Positions 48,236 to 58,478 of a DNA stretch of 64,000 bases are shown here, piece after piece (the stretch's first letter is position 1; each line of letters begins with the position of its first letter). The translations under genes and the position numbers were made by a program. Below the pieces are notes generated by a model. The model saw nothing but the letters and a program-made list of their open reading frames with translations, did no database searches and had not been told where the DNA came from. Source of the stretch: an uncultured Gemmatimonadales bacterium. Its GTDB lineage: Bacteria; Gemmatimonadota; Gemmatimonadetes; Longimicrobiales; RSA9. The DNA lies in the NCBI GenBank assembly GCA_963816355.1, contig CAWFKH010000001.1:384001-448000 (forward strand), given 5' to 3'.

Positions 48236-49365
48236 CGGGTGAAATTCAGTCGATATTGCCGCCGGCGAGCGCTGCTTTCGCCCTCCGAATAAGCCAGCCG
48301 ATCTCCCTCGGACGAGAGGGCGATGGCTGTCTGCGGCCCAGCGCTGGAGCCCGCTCCCGCGAGCGCCACCCGCGCTTCATCGAGAAGCAGGATGTTCCAG
48401 TGGCGGATGGGAGGTTCGGCGGCGGGGGTCAGAATCCTGTACGCCGCAATTCCGACCGCCATGCCGAGGATCGCACCCAGCCCAGCCCAGGCCACGGTCC
48501 CGCGTCGCAACCGGGTGTGCATGGGGACTCGGCGCGCACGAGCATCGGCCGTCAGCGCCTCAGCGAACTCAGCGGCGGTTGCGAACCGGTCAGCCGGCAC
48601 CGAGGCCAGGGCCTGATGAATCGCGGCGGCAGCCGGCTCCGGGACTGTGCTGCGCAACGTCGTCAGTTGCTTTGTCGCACCTAGCATCACGGCCGCAACC
48701 ACGGCCCGCACGGACGATCCGGTGAATGGTGGTGCTCCTGCGAGCGTTTCGTACGCGACGCACGCCAGCGCGAAAATGTCGCTCCGCCCGTCCAGCGGCC
48801 GTTCACCAGACATCTGCTCCGGACTCATGTACGTCGGGGTGCCGATGGACAGAGCTGTCTGGGTCAGCCGGCTCGCGCCCGCCGAGCTTACGGCCAGTGC
48901 GATCCCGAAGTCTGCGAGCATCGGCTGACCGTCGTGAAGCAGAATGTTCTGGGGTTTGATATCGCGATGCAGCACGCCCTGCCGGTGAGCGTAGTCGAGC
49001 GCTCCGGCAATGACCTTTACGACGGCGATGGCCTCCGAAACGGGCAGCTCGCGCTCGCGGCTCAGGCGATCGCGCAGCGACTCACCCTGCACCAGGGGCA
49101 TGACGTAATAGAGTAGCTCGCCCGCCACTCCCGAGTCGTACAACGGCAGGATATGGGGATGCTGAAGCTTGGCAGTAACGCGGATCTCGCGAAGGAAGCG
49201 GTCCGCGCCCAGCACGGCCGAGAGCGCGGGACGCAGCACCTTGACGGCCACCTGGCGGTCATGCTTCAGGTCGGTGGCCTCATATACGACCGCCATCCCG
49301 CCTTCGCCGAGCAGGCGACCGATCCGGTATCGGCCACTCAACGCCGACTGGAGCTGGCTCTTCAT
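48160..49365 (-). pseudogene. Ser/Thr protein kinase, apparently C-terminally truncated
   Basis: LGEGGM, VAVK, HRDIKPQN, DFG, GTPTYMSPEQ, TM segment, then one propeller-like blade before running into the convergent gene. Confidence 0.75.
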
Positions 49366-49462
49366 GGTCTTCGGACTGGCTGCACGAGGCGCGCCGCGTC
49401 TTCGCCGGCGGGCGGTTCGAACACGAGAATTGGAGAATCGGCTCAGCGCTACCCGCCCTGGC

Positions 49463-50953
49463 TCAATCCCGCACGGCCCTTGTGAGTCGGGACCAGGGCT
49501 CGAGCCGGAAATGGGGGCCCGAGGTCCAGCGCGGCTCGAGCCCGATCCGCCGCGCGGTCTCGACCACCTGCCGCTCGTAGATCGACGGATGCTCCAGGCT
49601 CTGGATGTGGTCGCTGGACCACAGGAACCGATCGCCCCGCAGGTACGCGAGGAGGGTCCCTTCCCCGCTCGTCCCATCGATCTCGTGGAGCAGGATCGCG
49701 CCCCCCGCGAGGGAGAGCGAGTCGGCCACGCCACGAAAGCGGAGGCCGGGGCGCGGCGAAGTCCGCGCGAGGAGGTCCGGGGCGCGACTCCAGTCCCGCC
49801 GGAGCGCGCGCTCGAGGAACGGCCGCGACAGATCGTGAGAGACGATGATCGCGCCGTGCGCCACCCACCAGCGGAGCCCGGCGACGTGCGGCCAGGTCGG
49901 GTTCAGGGCCACCAGGACGGCGGGGTGGTCGCCCGGGAACAGGCGCCGGATCCAGTCCGCGTCCTCGCGGGCCCGCTCCTCCCCGGCCGGGGCGTCCATC
50001 AGGAACACGGTGTCCCGCTCGAGGGCGACCACGTTCGTGAAGGCCGGGCTTGCGAGGAGGAAGGCGTCGGCGCCGATCCGGACCGTGTCCGGGGCCCCGG
50101 CCGCGAAGCGCCGGGCCGGGTCGGTGGACTGAACGAGATCGGTGTCCGGGAGAGCCAGGGACGGACCGTCTGCGCGGGGCGCGAGCTCGGCCGCGCCGGG
50201 CAGCACGGTGCGAGACGTCTCCCGGAATCCATCCACGATCCGGGCAGCGGCCATCGGGTAGAGCCCGCCGCCTCCGACGTCCAACCACGTCATGTACAGG
50301 TACGCGACGAACTCCGGCCCCAGGAAGTAGTGCCGCTCGTCCCGCGCCAGCGCCACCGGGAGCGCGGTCGCCCGGTCGAGGAACAGCCGTTCGGGCCCGA
50401 TCTCACCCGGCCGGCGAAGGACGACGCGCGGGTACCCCCGGACCGGGCAGACCCCCGCGACGGCCACGTCCGGCGAACCGGCCCAATCCGCGAGGGCGAG
50501 CCAGGGATCGAGGTAGCGCTCGGACATTAGGTGGGCATGGGTCCGATCGGACGGCGCGGCCGGAGCGGAGTCGCGGGCCACGAACGCGGCCGACGGCCCC
50601 GCCAGGATCGCCACCGGGGAGCCCTCCGTCTCGATCCGCTCGACCCCCGTGGCCGGGTCCACCCAGCGCTCGCTCGCGGAGATCGCCGTGATGTACGGGG
50701 GATAGGTCCGGTCAGACTGGTCGCGGAGCTCCCGCGCCGTGCGCGAGCGGAGATGGAGGAGCGGCCCGCCGGCCGCCGGGACCCCCACCGCCCGCTGCGC
50801 TCGGCGCAGCCACTCCGCCGCGGTCCCGGCCGCCGGGGCCAGCGCCCTTTCGCAGAGCTCGCGGTCCACGGGCTCGGGAGCGTTCCGGGGCAGCGTCAGG
50901 GCGAGCGAGGCCAGCGCCGCGACCACGGCCAGGACGCTCATTGTCCTTTCCAT
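49463..50953 (-). CDS. Secreted protein with a degenerate MBL-fold C-terminal domain
   Basis: Signal peptide; FLMDAP, LNPTWPHVAG, LLAYL..RFLWSSD. Confidence 0.6.
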   Translation of the reverse strand: MERTMSVLAVVAALASLALTLPRNAPEPVDRELCERALAPAAGTAAEWLRRAQRAVGVPAAGGPLLHLRSRTARELRDQSDRTYPPYITAISASERWVDPATGVERIETEGSPVAILAGPSAAFVARDSAPAAPSDRTHAHLMSERYLDPWLALADWAGSPDVAVAGVCPVRGYPRVVLRRPGEIGPERLFLDRATALPVALARDERHYFLGPEFVAYLYMTWLDVGGGGLYPMAAARIVDGFRETSRTVLPGAAELAPRADGPSLALPDTDLVQSTDPARRFAAGAPDTVRIGADAFLLASPAFTNVVALERDTVFLMDAPAGEERAREDADWIRRLFPGDHPAVLVALNPTWPHVAGLRWWVAHGAIIVSHDLSRPFLERALRRDWSRAPDLLARTSPRPGLRFRGVADSLSLAGGAILLHEIDGTSGEGTLLAYLRGDRFLWSSDHIQSLEHPSIYERQVVETARRIGLEPRWTSGPHFRLEPWSRLTRAVRD

Positions 50954-51497
50954 GGCGGGCAAGCTATCCGCCCGCGCGGCCGCCTCGCTACCGGCCCGGG
51001 ACCAGTCCCCCTCCCGGGTGGGACGAATGCCACGATTGCGTGGACAGAGCCGCGTCGCTCGCATCCTTGTGCCGACGCAGGCGCAGTTCCTGCTGTTGCT
51101 TGATCATTCAATCAAGGCGGGGCAGGATGGCCGGAGGAACTCCTGTAGCGCGTCGCCGATCCGGCCGGTACGCCGGCCGCGATGGAGCGCGCGGCAGGAG
51201 ACGTCCGGTCGGAGGGCGTGCAGCATGAGATCATTGAACGCTTGGAGGTGGACGTACGGGAGCACAGTGAGCGCTGCCTGGAAGTCCCGGGTCTGAGTTG
51301 GAAACGTGCGAGCCCGGAAGGAAGCGGCGCTGCGTGACATTGCGGAGCACGCCTGCGACGCGGTGGCGGTGCGCTGGACGGGGGGAGCGGAAGCCGCTCG
51401 TCTCTGCAGGCGGGCCGCCGGTTGCGGAGTCGAAGCCCGGTTGATACCGTCGGGATGCGGGCACGGTCGCCCCATCCATCACCCGGAGGCTTCACTC

Positions 51498-51803
51498 ATG
51501 CGCATGCTGATGCACGTCCACTTTCCCGTCGAGCCCTTCAACGCGGCGGTGCGCGATGGCAGCATCGGTCAGAAGATGCAGAAGCTCCTCGAGGCCACCA
51601 AGCCCGAAGCCGCGTACTTCACGGAGCAGTCCGGCCAGCGGGGCGCGCTGCTGGTCGTCGACGTGAAGGGTCCGTCCGACATTCCGGTCCTGGCCGAGCC
51701 CTGGTTCCTGCAGCTTGACGCCAAGGTCGAGTTCCGCGTGGCCATGACGCCAGAGGACCTCGGGCGCGCGAACCTGGAGACGCTCGGCCAGACCTGGGCG
51801 TAG
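51498..51803 (+). CDS. Small conserved protein (DUF3303/GYD-like)
   Basis: FNAAVRDG...KPEAAYF...G.R...LAEPWF...MTPEDL; GGAGG RBS. Confidence 0.75.
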   Translation: MRMLMHVHFPVEPFNAAVRDGSIGQKMQKLLEATKPEAAYFTEQSGQRGALLVVDVKGPSDIPVLAEPWFLQLDAKVEFRVAMTPEDLGRANLETLGQTWA

Positions 51804-51953
51804 AACCCGGCGGGCGCTCCTGCCGGGCGGCAATCGTCGCTGGACGCTTCGGGGGACGGCCCCTCGCGTGTCCGGCAGCGGAGGCTCCCGGCGCGAGCGT
51901 CCGACCCCGGGTCCGGAGATGCACCCACCCATCCCCTTTCCTGGATCCCTGGA

Positions 51954-54077
51954 ATGAGACTACGCCGCCTTCTGCCGTTCCTCGCGCCGGTGGTTTGCCT
52001 GTGGGCCGCTCCCGCCGCGCCCCTCGCCGCCCAGCAGATCCCCGGTTACACGCCCGCCGGATCGGCGCGCGAGCGGGCGCTCGAGGCCGACGCCGTGACG
52101 CGGCCGGACACCGCCGACGCGCGCGCCCACTCCGTCGCGCTGAGTAGCGAGACGCACGTGGCGGGGACGCCGGCGCAGGCGCGCACGCGGGACTACGTGA
52201 TCGCCCGGATGAAGTCCTGGGGCCTGCCCACGGAGGTTCGCACCTACCGCGTCTACCTGCCGCACGCGACGGAGGTGCACGTCTGGCGTGTGCGTCCGGA
52301 GCCGGAGGAGCTGACGCTCGACGAGCCGGCGGTGCCCGGTGACGCGATCAGCGCCGTCGCCCATTACCCGACGGTGAACGGGAGCAGCGCGGCCGGCGAC
52401 GTGAGCGCGCCGGTGGTCTACGTGAACTACGGCCTCGTCGAGGACTACGCGACGCTGGACTCGCTGGGGGTCTCGGTGCGCGGCAAGGTTGCGGTGGCGC
52501 GCTACGGCCGCTCGTTCCGCGGCATCAAGGCGCGCGAGGCGGAGAAGCACGGCGCCGTGGCGCTGCTGATCTACAGCGATCCGGCCGACGACGGCTACGT
52601 GCGCGGCGACGTCTATCCGGAGGGCCCGATGCGGCCGTCCTTCAGCGTGCAGCGCGGGAGCATCCTGAACGTGAACGGGGACCCGAGCACGCCCGGCTAC
52701 CCGAGCACGCAGGGCGCGCAGCGGATCGATCCGGACTCGCTCATGCCCAAGATCCCGGTCGTGCCGATCTCCTACGGCAACGCGACGAAGCTGCTCGAGG
52801 GTCTGGGCGGCACGGAGATCCCGCAGCCGTGGCAGGGCGGCCTGCCGTTCCGCTACCACGTGGGGCCGGGGCCGGTCGAAGCGCGTGTGCAGGTGAAGAC
52901 CGACGCGGCGACGCGCCCGTACAAGGAGATCTGGGACACGTTCGGCGTGGTGCGCGGCAGCGAGCTGCCGGACGAAGTCGTCGTGATCGGCGGCCACCGC
53001 GACGCGTGGGGTCCCGGGACGGACGACAACGTGAGCGGCTCGGTCAGCGTGATGGAGATCGCGCGATCGGTGGCGGAGCAGGTGAAGGCGGGCAAACGAC
53101 CGAAGCGGACGCTCGTCTTCGCGACGTGGGACGCGGAGGAGTGGGGGCTCGTCGGCTCCGTCGAGTACGTGGAGGACGACTCGCTGCGCCTGAAGAAGGG
53201 CGGCGTCGCGTACCTGAACCAGGACATGATCGCGTCCGGCCCCCGCTTCAATGCCGGCGGCTCGCCCTCGCTGCGGGCCGTGCTGCGATCGGCGGCCGAG
53301 GAGGTGCCCGCACCGGACACGACCGGCAGCCTGTGGGATGCGTGGCGCGCGCAGGCGGGCGTCGCCGCGGGCGAGACGCCGCAGATGGGCGACCCGGGCG
53401 GCGGCTCCGACTACGCCGGCTTCTACAACCATCTGGGGATCCCGATCCTGGAGTGGGGCTTCGGCGGGGCGCAGGGGATCTACCACTCCGCGTACGACGA
53501 CCCGGCGTGGATGCAGCGCTTCGGCGACCCGGGGTATCGGAACCACGTCGCCGCAGCCCGGCTGGGCGCGGCCATGGCGCTCCGGCTCGCGAACGCCAAT
53601 GTGCTGCCGTACGACTACGTCGAGTACGCGACGACGATGCGCGGCTACCTGCCCGCCATCGACAGCGCCTTCGCCGCGCGCGGCTGGTCGATCGGGACGA
53701 AGGCTCTGGCGGCCGCGATCGATCGCATGCGGGAGCAGGCGCGGACGTTCACGGCGGCGCGGGATTCGGCGTTGGCGGCGGCGGCGCCGGCGGCGAGCGT
53801 GTTGAAGCGGACGAACGCCGCGCTGCTTCGCGTGGAGCGCGCGCTGACGCGGCCGGAGGGGCTCGTCGGCCGCTCGTGGTACCGCAACCTCATCTACGTC
53901 GCGGACGAGGACAACGGCTACGCGAACATGGTGTTCCCGTCGGTGAACGAGGCGCTGCGCGCGGGCGACCCGGCGCGCGCAGGGCGCGAGCTGACCGATC
54001 TGGCGGAGCGCTTCGACGAGGCGACGGCGGCGCTGCGGGACGCCGAGTTCGCGCTGCGGGGGCGACGCGGCGGGTGA
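51954..54077 (+). CDS. M28 peptidase, glutamate carboxypeptidase II-like (PA and TfR dimer domains)
   Basis: YVNYG, YSDPADDG, VQRGS, GGHRDAW, DDNVSG, WDAEEWG, GSDY, YHSAYD. Confidence 0.92.
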   Translation: MRLRRLLPFLAPVVCLWAAPAAPLAAQQIPGYTPAGSARERALEADAVTRPDTADARAHSVALSSETHVAGTPAQARTRDYVIARMKSWGLPTEVRTYRVYLPHATEVHVWRVRPEPEELTLDEPAVPGDAISAVAHYPTVNGSSAAGDVSAPVVYVNYGLVEDYATLDSLGVSVRGKVAVARYGRSFRGIKAREAEKHGAVALLIYSDPADDGYVRGDVYPEGPMRPSFSVQRGSILNVNGDPSTPGYPSTQGAQRIDPDSLMPKIPVVPISYGNATKLLEGLGGTEIPQPWQGGLPFRYHVGPGPVEARVQVKTDAATRPYKEIWDTFGVVRGSELPDEVVVIGGHRDAWGPGTDDNVSGSVSVMEIARSVAEQVKAGKRPKRTLVFATWDAEEWGLVGSVEYVEDDSLRLKKGGVAYLNQDMIASGPRFNAGGSPSLRAVLRSAAEEVPAPDTTGSLWDAWRAQAGVAAGETPQMGDPGGGSDYAGFYNHLGIPILEWGFGGAQGIYHSAYDDPAWMQRFGDPGYRNHVAAARLGAAMALRLANANVLPYDYVEYATTMRGYLPAIDSAFAARGWSIGTKALAAAIDRMREQARTFTAARDSALAAAAPAASVLKRTNAALLRVERALTRPEGLVGRSWYRNLIYVADEDNGYANMVFPSVNEALRAGDPARAGRELTDLAERFDEATAALRDAEFALRGRRGG

Positions 54078-54105
54078 GAGGCGGACAACGGGCGCGCCGG
54101 ATCGG

Positions 54106-57100
54106 TCAATGGCGCTTCGGTCGGCGCCGATCGTCGGATCGGGACCGCTCGCGGAGCGCCGGCGAACGGCCGCGGTAGTAGGGCGCCGGTGGCCGCGCCT
54201 CCCCATGGGCTCCGTCCCTGAAGCGAAGCAGCAGACGCAACGCCGCGGACGCGACGAGCCGCGCACCGGACCGTTCGGCGTCGGTTCGGATTCTCGTCGC
54301 CATCGATCTCGACCAGTCTCCTTCCTCATGCTTCAGAAGGCGCGCCTTCTCGAGCAACAGGCGCTGCAGCGACAGAATGTTCCTCCTGCCCTCCCTCAGG
54401 ATCACCCCGTTCACCGTTGCGACCGCGTCTTCCAGACGGCCCTCCGATTCCGCCACGCTGCACACCAGCGGGACGATGTAGGCCGCGTCGCCGAGCCCTT
54501 GCCCGACCGCGTCCATCGCCTCGAGCTGTTCGCAGTGATGGCGGAGCAGTCGATCGTCCTTCCGCGCGCGTGCGATCAATCCGGCTACGCCGTGCGCCAT
54601 CGCCGTGAACATCCTGTCGTCGTTCGCATGACGCGACAGGGTCGCGTTGCAGATCGCCAGGGCCCTCTCGTGCTCTCCCGCCTCATAGCAGGAAACGGCC
54701 AGATTCATGTTCATGAAGGCGGCCGTGATGGTATGGTGGGGGCCGATCGTCTCCAACCCTTCCCCCAGGCACCGGAGGGACAGGGCATGATCACCCGATT
54801 CGCTGGCCGCCACGCCCAGGTCGTTGAGGATGTACGGCGTCCAGATGCTGCCCCCGATATCCTGGGCAAGGGTGAGCGCCTCGGAGAAGGCGGCCATGGC
54901 CCCATCCACGAAGCCGTTGTGCAACAATGCTGCAGCGTGTATGCGCAACGTTGCGGTGAGAAGGCTCGCGTCGGGCAATTCGCGGCACTCATGGACCACG
55001 GCTTTCGAAAGCGCGAGCGCCTTGCGCCGATTCTCCGCCAGTAGCGTCGCGGCTTCGAGTCGCCGTGCTTCGATGTCCAGACGCCGATCGGTCGGCAGTC
55101 CTCTGATGTTGGCGAGGCGCTGCCCGATCGATCGCAGGATCGACTTGCGTCCGGCCCTCTGCTCGAGCGTCGCGAGGGCGCGCAGGGCTCGGATCTCCGC
55201 TTCGACATTGGGCGCCTCCCCGCCGAGGGAGCCGAGGAAAGCGCGCAGTCTCTCGGACAGATTGTCCTCGCCCGCGCTCTCCGCCAGTAGCTCGAGCCGA
55301 TGCGCCTTGATGATCTGCCGCGGGCGGCCCTCGGCAGCCGTGTCTTCGATCTCCCGCAGGATCTCGTCGGCTTCGCTGTGCCGGTCGAGATCGTGTAGCA
55401 GGTTCGCCAGCCGAAGCTGCACGTCGAGCTCGGCGTCCTGATCCGGGGCGGTCCGGGCGGCGAGCTCCAGGTAGCGAGCCGAGTCGCCGTATCCGCCGTC
55501 CCGCTCGGCGCCGCTCGCCGCGTGCAGCGCGTGCTGAAACGCGAGGTGGGACGCTCCCGCTTCCGCGAAGCACTCGGCCGCGCGTTTCGAATCCGGGGGC
55601 GTGCGGAGCGCCGCGATGAACGCAGCCCTGTAATGCGTCGCCCGTCTATCGGCCGCGGTCATGGAAGCGAGCAGGTGGTCTCGAACGATGGGCTGGGTCA
55701 CCTGGAACACGCTGCCCGCGGCGACGACCAGGTCCTCCGAGATGGCGGCCGAGAGAACCGACGCGAGCGGGCGCAGCGGCTGTCCCAGGAGCAGCTCCGT
55801 CCGGGTCGCGCGACCCAGAACGGCGAGCAGTCGCAACTGGTCCCGGTCTTCCGGAGGGATCTTCAGCATGCGGCGCGCGATCGCCGCATTGAAGCTCGGC
55901 GCGCCCACCCCCTCGCGCTCGTGCGCGATCGCCTCCGATATGAGGTGGGGGTGCCCATGGCACCAGCGCGCAGCCCGGGCAACGGCTTCGCTGGCGTTCA
56001 CCGCGCCGAGCAATTCGCGGACTGCGTCCTCCGCAAGGCCCTGTAGCTGAAGCCTCTCGGTATCGGGTGCGAATACGATTCGCTGCGTCAGAGGTGTCCT
56101 GGGGGGAGAGCTGCACGAAAGGACCAGCAACAGCTGCGCCTCCCGCCGCCGCGACGCGATGGATTCCATGCAGGCCGCGGAAGCCGCATCGACGCGGTCG
56201 AAGTCGTCGAGCAACAGGACGGTCGGGCTGTCCGCCGCCACACACGCGAAGTACCGCCACACCGCTTCGGTGGCCAGCTCTCCATCGTGAACGCCATAGC
56301 GGCCATCCGCATCGCGCGCCGCCGCGTCCTCCCTGATGTCCGGCAGCAACCGCGAGAGCTCGTACCTCCAGAGCGGAGCGAGCTTCGGGAGGTCGTAAGC
56401 GGCCAACCCGGAGCGGATGAGGTCGATCGCCGCTCCGAACGGCCGCGCCGCGTCGGCGTAGACGCAGCTCGTGCTGAAGACCCTCGCCCCGCGGAGCGTC
56501 GCGTGGCGGATGAACCGCTGGCAGAGTCGGCTCTTGCCGATGCCTCGTTCTCCCGTCACTGCGACCACCACGCCGGCGCCGGCGGCGGAAACGCTCCCGA
56601 GGAGCTCCAGGAGATGGGCCTGTTCGGAAACGCGGCCGACGAAGGGTAGGGCTTGCCGCTTCGGCGACGTCGCGGGGCCGCCGCCCGCGCCTGAATCCAG
56701 CCAACGTCCCACTTCCTCGAGCGGGTTGCGCTGTTGAACGCTCAGGCCGAGTCCGTCCGCTGCCCTGAGCGCGCTCTCCAGCTTCTCCCGGCCGAGGGCG
56801 CGGTAGCCGGTCATGCACAGGCAGCGGACGTGCAACGCCGCCGCATCGGCATCGAACCGTCTCTCCAGCAGCCAACTGCTGATCGAGGCGGCTTCATCCC
56901 AGTTCTCCAGCTCTTCGCTCTTCTTCGCGCGTTCCATGAGAAGGAGGAACACGTCCATCCAGATCCGCTCGCGCCTCTCGCAAATCCATGACTCGAACCG
57001 CTCGGACCATGGCGCCGCGTAATCGAACATGAACTGGCCATGGAACGACGACATGACGCCCGCATGACTGCCACTTCTGATGTGTCCATAGAGCTTGTCG

Positions 57101-57396
57101 ACATCGGACGTGACCAGCCCGCTCGCAATGGAAAGGGTACCGGCTCTCGGAGCCTCGATGACGTTCCCGGTCGTCGCCTTCCTGATCCTGTACACGGCCT
57201 CGTTCAGCGAATGCAGGGCACGGCTCATCGTGCTCGCGGACGGCCATAGCAGCTCGGCCACGCGATTGCGCGAGGCGCCATGCGGCCCGGAAAAGGAGAG
57301 GTAGTAGAGGAGGGCCTCCGCCTTCCTGCTGCTCAGATCCAGTCGGGCCTGCTTCCAGCGGATCTCCGGCGTCCCGAGCCCACACGTCGTCAGCAT
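54106..57396 (-). CDS. SARP/BTAD-type regulator with AAA ATPase and TPR-like repeats
   Basis: RKAEALLYYL..SRNRVAELLWP, FESWI..RR, LPFVGR..E, Walker A GERGIGKS, LLLDD. Confidence 0.8.
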   Translation of the reverse strand: MLTTCGLGTPEIRWKQARLDLSSRKAEALLYYLSFSGPHGASRNRVAELLWPSASTMSRALHSLNEAVYRIRKATTGNVIEAPRAGTLSIASGLVTSDVDKLYGHIRSGSHAGVMSSFHGQFMFDYAAPWSERFESWICERRERIWMDVFLLLMERAKKSEELENWDEAASISSWLLERRFDADAAALHVRCLCMTGYRALGREKLESALRAADGLGLSVQQRNPLEEVGRWLDSGAGGGPATSPKRQALPFVGRVSEQAHLLELLGSVSAAGAGVVVAVTGERGIGKSRLCQRFIRHATLRGARVFSTSCVYADAARPFGAAIDLIRSGLAAYDLPKLAPLWRYELSRLLPDIREDAAARDADGRYGVHDGELATEAVWRYFACVAADSPTVLLLDDFDRVDAASAACMESIASRRREAQLLLVLSCSSPPRTPLTQRIVFAPDTERLQLQGLAEDAVRELLGAVNASEAVARAARWCHGHPHLISEAIAHEREGVGAPSFNAAIARRMLKIPPEDRDQLRLLAVLGRATRTELLLGQPLRPLASVLSAAISEDLVVAAGSVFQVTQPIVRDHLLASMTAADRRATHYRAAFIAALRTPPDSKRAAECFAEAGASHLAFQHALHAASGAERDGGYGDSARYLELAARTAPDQDAELDVQLRLANLLHDLDRHSEADEILREIEDTAAEGRPRQIIKAHRLELLAESAGEDNLSERLRAFLGSLGGEAPNVEAEIRALRALATLEQRAGRKSILRSIGQRLANIRGLPTDRRLDIEARRLEAATLLAENRRKALALSKAVVHECRELPDASLLTATLRIHAAALLHNGFVDGAMAAFSEALTLAQDIGGSIWTPYILNDLGVAASESGDHALSLRCLGEGLETIGPHHTITAAFMNMNLAVSCYEAGEHERALAICNATLSRHANDDRMFTAMAHGVAGLIARARKDDRLLRHHCEQLEAMDAVGQGLGDAAYIVPLVCSVAESEGRLEDAVATVNGVILREGRRNILSLQRLLLEKARLLKHEEGDWSRSMATRIRTDAERSGARLVASAALRLLLRFRDGAHGEARPPAPYYRGRSPALRERSRSDDRRRPKRH

Positions 57397-57484
57397 GTGT
57401 AACTCCGTGTCTCAGTGCAGTTTGACCGCGCTTTGATACGCTCGACGCAAGTTGCCGGGGTCCTCGAGACCGGGAGGCCCCGTG

Positions 57485-58264
57485 ATGCGAAGCGGTAGTT
57501 CAGCGTTGGTGCTGGCGTCGGCGCCCTATACGGAGCTGCGCCCCATCGCGCCGGAAGCGTGTCGTGAGCTGAAGCCGGGCGATGCCCTCTTCTGGGACAT
57601 CGGCCGGACGGTCGATCCGGAGCGGCACCTCGAGGTACTGCACCGGCGTGCGTACGGCTCGGCGCTGTTCGCGATCCTGCCGCCGGCAGACCAGCTTCCC
57701 CGGGTCCTGTGGGCGCTGCGCGAGGTGCCGTCGCTGTACCCGACCGGCATGCTGCCGCAGGTCGACGTCGACGCCGTCACGGCCACGGAGCTGCTGCGGA
57801 CTCCTCCCTTCGACTATGTCGGCAGCTTCCTCCACTACATCCACCGACGCGGAATCGTGGGAGATCCACAGAGACGGATTCGTCAGGTAGTTGCCGCGTC
57901 CACGGTCGCCCGTACGGTGTCCCGACTGTCGCACCGTCTCCACATCTCACGCCGGACTCTGGGGCGCGAATTCAAGGCATGGGGACTTCCGGCCCCGTCT
58001 CACTGGCTGCAGTTCGCCCGGATCTTCCGCTCCTGCCTGAGGATTCAGTCCGATCGCTGCACCGTCGCGCGCGCCGCGGCGGCAGAGGGTTATCCGGACG
58101 CGTTCACTCTCAGCAACCAGATGAAGCGGCTGCTCGACATCCGTCCGTCCGAGCTCAAGGTGCGATTCGGCTGGGAGTGGGTGATCGAGGCGTGGCTGAC
58201 GACGGAATTGAGGAAGAAGGCGTTCGATCTGGATCGCTACCCCGCGCTCGACCGGGATGAGTAG
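57485..58264 (+). CDS. AraC-type HTH domain protein
   Basis: ISRRTLGREF...PSHWLQFARI...GYPDAFTLSNQMKRL. Confidence 0.75.
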   Translation: MRSGSSALVLASAPYTELRPIAPEACRELKPGDALFWDIGRTVDPERHLEVLHRRAYGSALFAILPPADQLPRVLWALREVPSLYPTGMLPQVDVDAVTATELLRTPPFDYVGSFLHYIHRRGIVGDPQRRIRQVVAASTVARTVSRLSHRLHISRRTLGREFKAWGLPAPSHWLQFARIFRSCLRIQSDRCTVARAAAAEGYPDAFTLSNQMKRLLDIRPSELKVRFGWEWVIEAWLTTELRKKAFDLDRYPALDRDE

Positions 58265-58478
58265 AGTAATGGTACGTCCGGCGGCGCGCGACCGGAATAG
58301 CAAGTCGGGCCACGCGGGGACTGGCGCGGCCTCTCGTGGTGCCGCCGACGGGACCGGAGGCGGATGCGCGTCGGCCGTCGTGAAACCGCGCGCCTCCGGG
58401 CACCGTAGGGCCTCGATGTCCGCTTTGCCGCGGCGGGAGGGTCGTGCCCGCCGCCATCGCCCTGATCGGAGGACGTCC

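Noticed and set aside
51306..51332. CCCGGAAGGAAGCGGC resembling SRP RNA helix 8
   Set aside because: Lacks the CAGG/AGCA internal loop and a long flanking stem
50954..51497. Short ORFs in the intergenic region
   Set aside because: No recognisable motif or convincing RBS; possibly a decayed fragment
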